From Ruditapes philippinarum (lineage: Eukaryota): a DNA stretch of 64,000 bases. Below are positions 13,321 to 26,803 of this stretch, one piece after another. The position numbers and the translations under genes are program-made. The stretch spans positions 1-64,000 of the forward strand of contig NW_026864475.1 in assembly GCF_026571515.1 (NCBI RefSeq), read 5' to 3'. The stretch's first letter is position 1, and every line of letters begins with the position of its first letter. The notes beneath the pieces were generated by a model. It did not search any database, was not told where the DNA came from, and was given only the letters and a program-made list of their open reading frames with translations.

Positions 13321-14408
13321 GTGCATTGCAACGTCGAAGGAAAGTTCCTTTTTCAAAGGAAGAAACCTTATTAATTCTAAGAGCATATGAACTTCACCAA
13401 AGTAGCTGCATGGGCCAACGTTATTACTGATATCAAGGCAAATATAGAACAACTAGTTGCTGTACAGAACGGCTACATCAAATCAGTTGAAAGACAGAGT
13501 TTCAAATAAGTTTGGTCGACTTCTTCACAGCAATATTGATACCATTGAGGATGCTGATATAAGGTAAGATTTTAACAATGCTCAGAGGAATAAAACAGCA
13601 TGCTAGTATCTAAGCTAAGAAATATTTCCTGTAATGAAGACCAACAAACAACATTTCAAAATTATGGATTTTACAAGACAACATTTACGTTTAAAAATCG
13701 GACATGTTTTGACAGATGATTTATATAAGCGGTCGTGTAATAAGTTTATATAAAATACTCTTTTTTTCAAGCGAAACATAATTGAAATAAAAAAAAACAA
13801 CTGCACATTGTCTTGTCAACAAAATATTGCTGTTGATGATAGACACTACTTTTGTTTATAGTGTAATATTTTTATTATTAAACTTGATGTATATATGTAA
13901 AAAATAAGTTGTACATGAAGTGACAGTCTCTTAAAGTATCTCCAGGGATACTAACTGAGTTAGTTCTCAGTTCAGGACATATGTGCAACGTATACGGGAT
14001 TTAGAGCGTAGACTTGTTCCTCCGCCAAGCGAAGTTAACACCAGGCAACAGAGCGATCAAAGGGAGCTCCTACTTCAACAAGTCAGTGAGTCCGACGACG
14101 ATGATGTTGGAGGAGGAGATAGAGCAGCTCCACAGCCCGCAGGCAGTCAACATCAGCAAAACTTGCAGGTTGACAACAACGAAGAGAGGGCAGGTCCAAG
14201 CAAAGTTCAACCCCCACTGCCGGCTGTTTCAAACGTTGCAGCCGGTCAACGTAATCGACCGGCTCAACGCAGGAGGAATAGGCGCTCCCTTGCCGATCAA
14301 ATTAGAGAAAACCAGGCTCTCTACAGGAGATTCCTGACAAAAAAAGTTCCAAAAATACTCCGTGAACTTGGCGTCAGCAGTGACAGCATTGATGACAATT
14401 ACGTTTAG
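13321..14408 (+). pseudogene. Myb/SANT-like DNA-binding partner of the Harbinger element; exons ~13321-13563 and 13976-14408
   Basis: Manual translation across two frameshifts: RRRKVPFSKEETLLILRAYELH / AAWANVITDIKANIEQL / LYRTATSNQLKDRVSNKF. Donor ag|gtaaga at 13563, TACTAAC branch site ~13949, acceptor ttcag at 13975; the splice joins in frame to ORF 13983-14408. Confidence 0.7.
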
Positions 14409-15485
14409 CCCCTTTTCACGTACTCACAAATAACTATAAAAATGGTCAACTGAGTTATCTTTGTTGAAAAATTAACATGACAATAAAGTATATGAATTAA
14501 GAAACTTGTTTTGTTTTTTTTTGTCTGTATAAACATTTTGGTTATATTATATCTATTATTGTGTTGGTGGTTTATACAAACATATTCATGTAAAAAAACG
14601 CTACAAATTACAGCGTCTTAGTTTCCACATTTATGTTCTGAGAAAATCCTCCATTTTATTCAGTATTACGGAGTCCGTTTACATATAGAAAGGTCTTTTT
14701 TATGCTTGCTGCATGAAAGGTGTTTTGTAAAATGAACAAACATGTCATCAGATATTTTATATTTTAAAACATTTTCATGGAATGTAATAAATCACGGATT
14801 TATTTGTAATATAAATCCTAGAATAAATGTAACATAATATTAAAGTTGTATGCCTTCAGATGAGAAAAATAATTTCAAGAAAAGAACAATGCACGACCAA
14901 TTTACTGCTTTAAAACATAAACACAAAATTACACATCTTCCACTGAACATACCATATGAAAATCTTGCAAACCCACAGAAATAGAAATATAAATAATTAA
15001 ACCCCGTTTTGCTCGCGCATTTCTTTGTTTTCTGAACTCGTAAATCTGGTCACCAGTTTATAAATAAACATAGCTAACACGGACACGATCTTTTTTCTTT
15101 CTTTCTTTTTTTATCTTACCCATTCTATAATATGTACGTGCTTCAATCGGCAAAAAGAATAAGCTTCTTGTGTAGTTAACAGTTACTTGCTGATGTCTGT
15201 GAACATGCTATAAATGGAATTTACGTTGACTCCGTCGACTGCATTGCTCTGAAGCGGACTATAATTGATCTGCTATATGCGATAATGATGCAAAAACAAC
15301 ACTCATAGTAGTAAGTTTTGGAAAGTGAACACAATACATTCTTTTTAAAACTACATTCATTAATCAGAAATGACATGTAGCAAAAACAATATTGCAAGTA
15401 CTGAGTTCGTACATTGATAAAGGTATTTTTCAGTTGTACGAATAAGTAACACGACAAAGCATGGCGGTTGGGCGAGTCCATTTAA

Positions 15486-16139
15486 GGGGGCAGGGGACCT
15501 AAAAATGAACAATTTTGTATTTCAGTGTGGCCAGAAACACAATTCCAAATATTTCAAAATCTGTTTCACGGCAGAATACCAGTTGCACAGCATTATATCA
15601 ATGATATATATGACATACATTGGAAGAAAATAATAGTTTGCATGAATTGCTCCTTAAAAAATGACTGACAGCAATTTATATAACCCCACCACCCAGCCAA
15701 ATCACACCTAAAAATATACCAATATGGGCAATCTTCAATGAAAGGTGCAGCATAAACCAGAATCCCCCCGATTCCTTTAGAAAAATATCACTAAACACGC
15801 AGTGCAAGCTATGGCATTTCAAAAATGACCAATAAAGTGTCTGTCCATACCGTTTAGATTTTTCACAAAATTATCCGAATTTCTTACTTGTTTGGCGCCA
15901 ACTGTCAAAGCTTTGATTTTAACTCTTTCACCTCCATTCGAGAGTCACAAATACATACAAAGCTACCAAAATGCTTAGTTTCGGGTAAAACCCAAAATAA
16001 TACTGCTCATTCCTACACACAAACAAGAAAAGAAATTACAATGCAGAAAAAAATCAGAAGTTTTCCAGTACCTTCAAAAACCATGTCTGAGTTATTAAAA
16101 AATATGATCGGGCCTTCATTCGAATATGTCCCTGCCCCC
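15486..16139. mobile_element. Non-autonomous DNA transposon with TTAA TSD (Kolobok-like)
   Basis: ttaa|gggggcagggg ... gtccctgccccc|ttaa; purine termini plus TTAA fit Kolobok rather than piggyBac (CC termini). Confidence 0.75.
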
Positions 16140-16974
16140 TTAAGCATCCCTCATTGAAAGATTTTTGAGGTCCATTTTGTTATCATGTGATATTGAATTA
16201 TTCGCTATGATTGGCTAAAGGCAGGCGGTGTACATGTAGAACTGTTCAAATCTTGTCAATTGTATATATCGCCGTCCAGGAACGGCGGTAATAATGTTTC
16301 TTTAATTGATTTATTAAAGTTTTTTAGCAAAGTTTTTTCCAATATATCAGAACATTGATAACATGCTTGACTTTATTTGTCTGTTTTGATCAAAGCATAT
16401 ATTCTTTATTTTTTAAATTTAAGTGTTTTACCCACTTTGTTTTACTCGATAATTACTGCCAAATTCAGAGTGTCATTCCTATGTTTGTCTTTGTTTTGTT
16501 ATATTAGATTAGAGAATAATTAATTTACTCTCGAGAGTAAGGTTAGTTGTTGTTTACATTTAGTACATTTAGATGTTTTATCGCTGTCCCCATGTTAATT
16601 ACAAACTTTATTTTCTGTCATGTTGTTCTGTATATGAGCCTGACATGAAGAAATGTTTATGTTGTTGTTAACTTGTTGTATATATATTCTACAGTCCTTC
16701 CCACTTTATGAAATGTAAGTAATAATGACATGCTAGTAAAAATGACATAATTGTTTTTAGAATATACTTTTGCCGAATTCTTGACAATTTGGTTTTAATT
16801 AGATCTATACTGTTTGTTACTATGATGCTCACTGCATGACTGTAAAAAATTGACATTTCAATGTAACTTGGGGAAGTCTGTCAAATACATTACTAGAAAA
16901 AAAGTATTATAGTCTGTTTTTTGTGTGTAAATTTGTTATTTTTACAAAAAAATGTTCTAAAACAGGTTGTTACT

Positions 16975-18500
16975 AGAACCCTTAAAAGCTCAATGTGGCG
17001 GGGCCCTTAAGTCGCAACGGCGCTAAAAAGTCGAAAGTCCCCCCGTAAAGCGCACCATTTTCCCCTAAAAGTGAAAATCCGTTAATTGTCCGTTTAAAGT
17101 CCAAAAATTAAAGGTTAAATGGGGGGTTGATTTCCCCCCACCGTTTAAATAAAGATAAATCATCGTTTAAAAGTCGCAAAAATCAAATTTAAAGTACAAA
17201 AACGATAATTTTGTAAGTAAAAGTATTAGTTTAAAAATTCTAATTTTTAAAAACCCCTTTACTTTTTGGTTATGAAAATTTCCCTTTTTCAAGCTTTATT
17301 TATGATGAATATTTTGTTTTAAAACATTAAGGTAAGTTGGTTTCGAAAATTAACCGGGAAGGAAAAACGTGGGGCAGTTTTTCGTTAAAGTTTGCCCAAA
17401 TTTAAAAAGGTGTCAATTTTACGAATATTTTAAAAGGCGGGTTTTTGGAAAATTTTGCGGCAAATGGACAAATTTAAACGGCGTTGCCCCATAGAACCGC
17501 GCCCCCCAAAAATAAATTGACTTTAAAACAAAACCTATTGTTATTGGGAATTTCAATTACCCCAAAATTAAATGTACCTTTTAAATTTTTTATTCAAATT
17601 TTTAGCATTTTAAACCCAATTTTTCAAAAAAATTTTTTACGCCCGGGTTAAAAATTAAGGGGGAGAAAAATGCAAAAAACAAATTTAAGAAATTTTTAAG
17701 TTGGTCTTAAAACAGAAAAACGTTTTTAATAAATCGAAAAATCCCAAACCCTTTTCCCCTAAAAATCGAAAAAAAAAACCCCGTGTCAGGGGTAATTTTT
17801 TTGAAATTCCCGAAACCCAAAACAAATTAAAAAAGCAATTTTTTGATGTTTTTCCAAAGTTATAAAGCAGTTTTATTTTTCAGATTTCCAAGGGTTTTGA
17901 AAAATACAAACAGGACTTCCCTTTAAATTCCCTTTTTTTCATTATAATCCCATTTTCAAAAAAAGGGAATTTTTTAATTTAAGTTAAAAACCCCTTTTAA
18001 CTTTTGAAGAGATAAAATTTTTTGTTTTAAAAAACAAGTATAATTTTAAAAATTTAACTGGCAAGTTGAATGTCGTTCTGGGTAAATACGGGTGTGTTTG
18101 TCCCTTTTTCCAACGTGTTTCCCAAAACCTCCTTTTTGGGTTGAATAAAGCAATTCTTCCTCTTATGGGCCAAAAATTGAAAAAATTGGTGTTTTTTTGA
18201 AATTTTTCCGTGAAAATTTATAAAATCAAAGGCCCTGACAATCCCAAACAAAAAGAAAACTTTTTCGGTTTTCTTTTATCCAATTAAAAAAGACGTTTTT
18301 TTTTGGGGGGAACAAAAGGTTTAAAAAAAGATTTTCATCAGTAAAAATTGACGAAATTTTAAGGCTTGGGAAATTATAAAAATGAAATTTCGTTGGGCCT
18401 TTCCTAAACCTCACGTAATCAGGATAATTTTGCAAACCCCAAAATCGACAATACATTTCAAAGGTATATTTTATTACATATTAAATTTTTTAAAAAAAGA
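16975..18500. other. Homopolymer-scrambled, probably low-quality assembly segment
   Basis: Abrupt enrichment in runs of A, T, C and G; same texture as the scrambled cores of the two GT31 genes. Confidence 0.6.
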
Positions 18501-19352
18501 AAATACCAAGGTTTTCATGTGCATTCAACTTCTTATCTGTTTTTATGACACTATTCATTTTCACTCTCTTAACGATCGTTTAACAAAGGAATAATATTTT
18601 TGACGAGCATTGATAATTTTTATGATGGACATTATCTGTGCTATAAAAAGTAATCCTAGAAGTCAAATTGACAGTAGGCCCTACTTATTAAAGCGAGTAT
18701 CGCATAAACAGGTTAAAATGTTATGTAGTCAATATTAGTAATTGTAACATGCATTATGTATACTATATATTATATATGTACTTTTTTCATTTTTCTTTTT
18801 TCATATCTATTTTACTGTCCCCTCGAAAATAATCATACTTTGTTCTAAGTTAAACCCACATACTGTTTTTGAAACTTATATTGATTATATGTCATGTTGT
18901 TACTATTGTAAACTCACTGGAAAATAAAAGTGATTGTTGCTGTTGTTGTAATACCTTATATAATAGCATTGATCTGAAGAACTTCCGTAATAAAATGGGA
19001 TTTTGAATGTATTTTATTCTAATTAACACGACCTATTTCAGAGGAAATTGGTTACTTTTCAATATGATTATTAGCTTTTAAGTTATATGTTTGTTAGAAT
19101 GAGTCCATACTTATATTTACCATGACCTTTGTGGTGTAAATAAGTATACTGTGATCTTAATTGTTGAAGGTTTTCTTTAGAGTTTTGTTTCTGACGAAGC
19201 TATTGCTAATTATTTACAGATAATTATGATAAATAAAATACCACTTTGCAAAGATATCGCACATATTCAGTGACACTTATTGTAACATTTTGGACTGGTT
19301 TCTATTACTTTTACCACGACTGTACTATAGATGTAAGGTGTAGATGATAAGT

Positions 19353-19557
19353 GAGCCGCGCCATGACAAAACCAACATAATGGGTTTGCGACCAGCATGG
19401 ATCCAGACCAGCCTGCGCATCCGCGCAGTCTGATCAGGATCCATGCTGTTCGCTATCAGTTTCTCTACTTGTTATAGGGTTTGTAAACGAACAACATGGA
19501 TCCTGATCAGACTGCTGGTCGCAAACCCATTATGTTGGTTTTGTCGTGACGCGGCTC
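19353..19557. mobile_element. Palindromic MITE family A, copy 1 (internal deletion); Sola-like
   Basis: gagccgcg...cgcggctc termini, long TIRs, 4-bp TSD aagt. Confidence 0.85.
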
Positions 19558-21906
19558 AAGTATTCTATGATCTTAATTACTGCCAGTTTGAGGCTTAATG
19601 TTTCCTCTGTTTGTCACTTTTTTTACAACGGAATTGATGAGGCATATGCTTTAATTATGTTACGGAATCTCGGTGATAATGGTTAACAGTAACATTAATT
19701 TACATGTGATCTCTGACGACATTAGACAAGTAAGTTTTCATTTACTTCTATATCTTAACATTTACTTTCTTTTTCTGTATTTACTTTTTTGAATATATAC
19801 GTTATTATTTTAATTTAATATAGATTGAACAAAGTATATAAGATATAAAAGTAATCAATGAATAAAATGAAAGTAAACAAAAATAGATCGAATAGCTGCG
19901 TATCGGAGCGAATCTTTTAAAGAACTGTTTTTGCGCAAACATTACATTACATTACTGAAAATATCTTATCCAGAAAATGAACGGTTTCCACATGTTTTAA
20001 AGGAGAACTGAAAAATAGTTTCAGGTAAACTAATCATCTTTTGTAGTTTTGTTTGTTGTCTGTTTTCTTTTTCTTTTTAATGCCAATTTTCACATTTTTG
20101 TCATATTTCGGCGTCGATCCAACTTTTGACGCCTTGTCTTGTTGTCGCTAGCGATAAAACGACGCACAAAAGTGTTCCAAATCAGCCACCATAGTATGAT
20201 ATGAATGCATTCATTTCATATGTTTTACAATCTTACGTACTCCGACGCACTCCCTTCCAATTTATTATTTCTATGATGATTTTCGGGGACGTTATTCTAT
20301 CTTTCCTTCAAACAAAATTGTTGTAATGAATCACATCTATTCTAATGTGTTGTTTCGCTTGCAGTGAATTGTGAAATTTAACTGTGTTGGCGACTGTGGA
20401 CAGTTTTGAGTGATATCCATTTACCACAGCACACACAATATGCCGTATTCCGGTAAATTCAGAAATGGCGCCTATATATGATTAAATGCTTAAATCTCAT
20501 TTTCACCCACCGAAATGCACTTTAATGCAAATTTATCACATCACACCTATCTACATACGATCAAGGTAATGCATAGGGAGTTATTTAAAGTGGATCTGCC
20601 TACAATGGGTATATTCAAAATAGGCCTATATTATTATCATTATTAAAACAACAGCAATGTATCATGAAATACATCTGGTAATAAATGTTTTGAGGAAGGT
20701 TCTTAAGTAATTTAGTTTGAACATTTAGATCTACAAATGTATATATATGATGAATAATAACATTTTGTTCTAGAACACTTTATTACTTTCCAATGAGTTC
20801 TGGAAAATAGTTGCTGGTTCGAACCTAAGTGGCAATTGTACATCGCAAATCAGTCTTATACCAGAAGAAAATACAAATTTTTTTGTAATAACTATTTTAT
20901 TTCTTGTGGCGCATAATTTCCATCATGAATGGGTATAAAAATAATTTTAGAACTTTTATATACACATCATATTTGCTGCGACAACGGTCGCAAATAAAAA
21001 ACACTTTATGTTAAATTTCAGTTCAGAGAGTCAAATATGAAATATGAAATATTGCAAACTAACACAATTAATTTTAATATGTACCTACAACGGTTGCACG
21101 TGTTATGTATGTCCGATATTTCACACAAACATTTTTGTGTCCTTTGAATCATATCATAGTGTTGCAAGAGCACCGACAACGATTGCAATTAAGCAACTGA
21201 CTAATGTCTTTTCGATTGGCAATCGTCTGTAATTTTAGTACTCCGTCGCCCAGCGTATATAACATTTGTTCCGGTCAAGTCGAAATGTAGCTGACAGCAG
21301 AAAAAATGTTGCGGTGTGTAGAAAATTACAAATCCTCAGACTGAGCATGCGTATTGATATGCAGTTCTAATGATCGATAAATTAAGAAATGTGTCATTCG
21401 TGTTTATTCTTTAATAATTTAACTTTGATATTATCTCATTCTGCTATGTTTTATAAATAACTTCCAGTTACCAACAACATCCGCATGTATAATTCTTTTT
21501 TCTGGTATTAATTAAAGATCTTCCATTACAGACCAATTCACTTTAAATCCTCCTAGACTACGTCAGTACACATTTGTGACGTCACGATTTTAAGTTATAT
21601 CGACCTGTACATGCACACATTGGAATATGTTTTTATAAGGTTTGAATTTTCTTATTGATTTATTACACATGACTGAATTAAATAAAATTTAAAAGAAATT
21701 AACCGATACTGTATTATGAAAATTTGATTCGATTTGTTTTATAGATCAGTAGATTTTCAGATCTATTGTAATAACATGCATAACCTGTAATGTATACAGT
21801 ACAGTGCAGTACGTTCCTACAGAAAAACAAAATGAAATGCCAGGGACAGGGTGCATATATTTTTTTAGACAACTCGTGGACACACGGACACGTGATAAAC
21901 AAAATT

Positions 21907-22424
21907 GAGCCGCGTCACGACAAAACTAACATAATAGGTTTGCGACCAGCATGGATCCAGACCAGCCTGCGCATCCGCACAGTCTGATCAGGATCAATGC
22001 TGTTCACTATCAGTTTCTATACTTGTTTTTGTTTGTTTGTTTTGGGTTTTACGTCACATCGACACAGTATAGGTCATATCGCGATGTTCCAGCTTTTACT
22101 GGTGGAAGAAGACCTCAGGTGCCCTTCCGTGCATTATTTCAGGCACGAACGGGTACCTGAGTAGAACCACCGACGTTCCGTAAGCTAGCTGGATAACTTC
22201 CTCACATGAAAGAATCCAAAGTCCCTGTCGGGATTCGAACCCACAGAGGTGGGGGGCAAGTGGTTTGAAGTCAACGACCTTAACCACTCGGCCACGGTTT
22301 TATACTTGTAATAGGGTTGGTAAGCGAACAGCATGGATCCTGATCAGACTGCGCGGATGCGCAGGCTGGTCTGGATCCATGCTGGTCGCAAACCCACTAT
22401 GTTGGTTTTGTCATGACACGGCTC
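21907..22424. mobile_element. MITE family A, copy 2, split by a SINE insertion
   Basis: Both arms present (21907-~22026 and ~22298-22424) around the inserted SINE. Confidence 0.85.
22027..22297 (-). mobile_element. tRNA-derived SINE, near full length
   Basis: Minus strand shows A-box gtggccgagtggttaagg, B-box ggttcgaatcc and a (CAAA)n tail; TSD tatacttgt on both sides. Confidence 0.88.
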
Positions 22425-23161
22425 AAATTTTGTTCGTTGAAAATACGCTTTAAACTTTTCACAGTGCTTAAAAGTTGAAAAAGGCAACAAAGAAAAGCGG
22501 GCATAGATCTATTAGATCTACTGCAAATACAAAATAATAGATAAGTGACCATTTTTTTAAAGTTTGAAGTGATTTACTTTGACAATTTTTTTGTGAAACT
22601 AACCTTGAAAAAAGTAAAAAGCTAAAAAATAGGATTAGATCTATACAGTATCTACAGTTCTGAAATGGTTATAAGGTTTGAAAGTGAATATAATGTAGAT
22701 CTATCGAGATCTATATCAAGTTTGAAGTGAATAACTTTGATAATTATAATTAAATTTGAGACAAAATGGATCTTAACAAAAAAGTTAATCAGGGCTAAAA
22801 ATTATTGTTGAAAACTTTAAAGGGGCGTAACTTTTCAAAAATAATTTTAGGATTAACCTCTCTTTTGAAATGGCCTCCTATTATGACAATAAACATGTAT
22901 CCCGAGCTTGAAGTGAATATCTTATATAGATCTAGATCTACTTTGTGAGAAAAAAATGAACAAAAACATAACTCGTTGCCAGGAAAAACAACATGCCCCA
23001 TCCCCCTCTTGTGTTTCCGTACAAATATTACAGGGATTTTTTCCAACATAACCCATACCCATGGAATTAGGAATTTTAGCGATATTTTGTTAAAAATTAG
23101 AAAAAATGTATGCAAACATTCACTGTCTAGGATGACATCCTCAAAAATTAAGCACTTTTAC

Positions 23162-26100
23162 CAGTCGGGCATACTTCCTGATCGGGAAACAAGGGGATTC
23201 CCCTTCAAGGCTTCCCGATCAGGCAGTAAACGTCAAAATCCTTCCCGATCGGGAAGTTTTTTGGCCTATTTTTACGTTGTTCAGGAAAAATGGCCGGTGC
23301 ATAATAGTTTTCAACCCACTTCAATATGAACATCACATTTAAGTGCAGAAAAGATACATCTAAAATCCTACCGAGTCATTTTCTTTTTAAATGCCTAAAA
23401 CTAAAATTATCTGAAAGTGAATTTGAGTGAAATTTTACGATTTTACTAAGAAGTAGCGGCTTCCCGTTTTGGAAACACTGTTTCCTGATCAGGTATCTAG
23501 CATAATATTCACCATTAAATGTTTCCTGTTTGGGAAGTTTTCTTCTTTAAGTTAGCGCGTTCTATTCTGGAATTATTGCTTGGGACAACACCAACAAATA
23601 AAGTTATCTGTGCAACAAATCAACATGTGAGTCATGGTGTGAATGTTTTGAAGTCTGAAGTGTCTAGCAGTTCAGATACAAATGATAGCATCATAGGCGG
23701 TGTCTTCTCAAATTTTGTAAAAATGAATATTTGAATATATTCAAATATGGAAAACGAATATTCGAACATCAATGTAAGTTCTTATTCTTTCCCGACCCTT
23801 GTTATTTTTATTATGTCCCACTTTGAAGAAGAGCGGGTATATTGATTTGCTAATGTCCACACAATATCTGTATGACTATAAATTGTATGTATACAATTTT
23901 ATGTTGAAAAAAAAATGTTATGTTATGTTAATGTTGGTCGGTCAGTCCATCGGTAGACTTCACTTATTATCTTAAAAACTATTTATCACAGAGTCTTCAT
24001 ATTTTACATACTAATTGGTCATAACTATAGTAGATGAAACCTATTGATTCCATGGTCACTTTGTCAAAGGTTAAGGTCACAGGGACCCTAAATGTCAGAA
24101 TGGTTTCCGCTCATTATCTTAATAACTTTTTCTTACAAAGTCGTTATATTTCCAAATTAATTAGTCATATGTAGTAGATGACACCTATGATTTTGTGGTC
24201 ACTAGTTCAAAGGTCAAGGTCACAGGGGGGCCTCAAATGTCTGAATGGTTTAAGCTCATCTTTTAAACTATCTATCACTAAGTCATTATATTTCACATAT
24301 TGATTGGTCGTAAGTAGTAGATGACCCTATCGATTTTTGGGTCTTTAGGTCAATGGTCAAGGTCACAGGGACCTTAAGTATGTTTGTTTATCCGTCGTTG
24401 TACCACATTGTTTCTGCTGATTATCTTAAAAGCTATTTATCAAAAAGGCTTCATATTTCATATATTGATTGGCCATAACTATTAGATAACCTATATTGAT
24501 TTTGGGGTAACTAGCTTAAAGGTCACAGTTGCAGGTGTTTTAAATTTCGAAACGGTTTTTGCTCATTATCTTGAAAACTATTTATTAGAAAGTCTTTGTA
24601 TTTCACATATTGATTGGTCATAACTAGAAGATGACCCTTTTTGATTTTTAAGTCACTAGGTCAAAGGTCAAGGTCACAGTGACTTGAATGTCAAAATAGT
24701 ATCCGCACAATAACTTGAAAAGTATTTTTCACAAAGTTTTCCTATTTCATGTGTTGATAAGTCATATGTGGTAAATGACCCTTATTGATTTTGGGGTCAC
24801 CAGTTTAAAGGTAACAGGGTCCTTTAATGTCATAATGGTTTGTGTTCATTATTTTGAAAACTTTTAACTATTATTTGAGAACTATTTATCACTTAACCTT
24901 TTATATTATTCCACTTATTGATTGGTTATAATTAGTAGATGACCCCTGTCGATTTTGAGGTCTTTAGGTCAAAGGTCACAAGGACGTTAACTGTCAGAAT
25001 GGTTTCTACTCATTATCTTCAAAACTACCCGTTATCAAGTTTTTGTGTTTCACATTTTAATTGTTCATAACTAGTAGATGGCCCCTGTTGATTTTGAGGT
25101 CACTAGGTCAGATGACAAGGTTACAATAACTTTGAATGTTCAAAGTAGATGCTCAAAGTTACATTTACATGATAGTATAACATTTATTCCAGCTACTCTC
25201 CATTTTGTTCAACTTAATAATGATAGATTTCATTCAATTTCAGCTAGAAGAGGGGGGGGGGGGGGCATATATGTCATTATGATATTTCTTGTTTTATTTA
25301 TTTATTTATTCTATCTTATATTTTTATTCATTTTTTTTAAAATTAAAGTGGCTTAAAGGGTATGCTCTATATCTTACGAAATATTTAAATATTTATTAAC
25401 AGCAAAAATTATGCTGGTTCCCATTATTTATCATAATATGGTTGACTCCTGAAAAAGTAATGTAACATAGAATATCACTGTTATTAAATACAAATGAAAT
25501 CTTGTAAAGTAAACAGGAACACAATACTGTTTTGCTGTATTAAATAGGGTTTTATCCCTTTTAGCAATGATTTTGCTTCTTTGCGCCATTCGCGTTTTAA
25601 GGCAATAAATTATCATATTTATTTCATACATTTTGGAAGTATACTTTTTTAAAAATGTTAACAATAATTTTTTTGCATCAGATATTGCTTTTACACTTAA
25701 GTTTCAGAAATATGACACAGTCACTACAAACACATGTAGTATGCAAACACGTCTTGAGCTATAGCCAAAAAAAAAATTTAAGTGAGCTCTAGTCAACATT
25801 TGAATTATTTGAGCTGCATGGTAATTGTTTTGAGAAATTACACTCTATGCAATGTTGTTCAACATGTGCTTTACAATCTTAGCAGTATGAAACTTTTGTA
25901 TTGTAATGATGATTTTTGAACTGTCCGTCAAGTATAGCTAATGTTTTGATAGGTATTATTTACGCCTAACAAGAACATAGTTTCGCCCAGATATATTCTA
26001 ATCGTCGTGATTGAAGTATGTGCCACATGTCTTTAAAAACTGACCAGGCTTTTGGCAATTTCTAATCATCAAGGCCAGGTACTACAATAAATATAAGGTA

Positions 26101-26494
26101 CTTCCAGATTGGGAAGCAATGTATCTTAAAACTTTTAATGATGAATATTTTGGCTAGATGCCTGATCAGGAAGCAATGTTTCCCAAAAACGGGAAGTGGC
26201 TAGTTTTTGGTAAAATTTAAAAACTTTACTTAAGTTCACTTTCAGATTATTTAAATTGTAAACATTTAAAAAGAAAATGACTCGGTAGGATTTTAGATGT
26301 ATCTTTTCTGAACTAAAATGTAATGTTCATATTGAAGTGGATTGAAAATTGTTATGCAGCGGCCATTTTTCTTAAACTACATAAAAAAGGCCTAAAAAAC
26401 TTCCCGATCGGGAAAGATTTTGACGTTTGTTGCCTGATCGGGAAACATTGAGGGGAAATCCCCTTGTTTCCCGATCAGGAAGTATGCCCGACTG
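23162..26494. mobile_element. Long-TIR non-autonomous hAT-like element with 5-bp TSD, carrying a nested HINE
   Basis: ~340-bp TIRs cagtcgggcatacttcctgatcggga...tcccgatcaggaagtatgcccgactg; TSD tttac at 23157-23161 and 26495-26499; repeated tcccgatcggga palindromes. Confidence 0.85.
23808..25292 (+). mobile_element. Helentron/HINE-type element with about 8 tandem ~140-bp satellite units
   Basis: 5' ttatgtcccac...gcgggtatattg, repeated tagatgaccc...gattttg.ggtcac...aaaggtcaaggtcacag units, 3' G-run gcata...atttcttgtt. Confidence 0.75.
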
Positions 26495-26803
26495 TTTACA
26501 GTGAAGAAGCCCTTATTTTTTGAGATTTTAGAATTCTTTATTAATTTTTTTTTATTTTTGTTACTTTCAAATGGAAATAGTGTCCTATGGATTGGGAAAA
26601 TAAATTATTAATATACTATTTTCAATTGGGAATGTGACCCAATAACGGCTAAAATAAAATAAGCCCCAAAAATACCTGACTTATTTAACATCTAGGTGAT
26701 GGTTTCTACCCTCAAATATTTTCTTTCTTTTTTTGTTAATTTTATTTGTTGTGAATCGTATTCAAACAACTAAATTTCTGAATTATTCAAATCAGGTTCA
26801 ATT

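Larger units (their letters stand above)
11928..14650. mobile_element. Degenerate PIF/Harbinger-superfamily DNA transposon (two divergent genes); boundaries tentative
   Basis: DDE_Tnp_4-like transposase on - strand and Myb/SANT gene on + strand; candidate imperfect TIRs tta|ggggttttctca (11928) and tgagaaaatcct (to 14650). Confidence 0.7.

Noticed and set aside
16975-18500. Horizontally acquired or organellar-like insert
   Set aside because: No recognisable genes; the texture matches error-rich consensus seen inside the GT31 genes
22220-22297. tRNA genes (also ~35655, ~42905, ~43735, ~63040)
   Set aside because: A/B-box heads mostly continue into SINE bodies or tails, some with TSDs; no convincing cloverleaf
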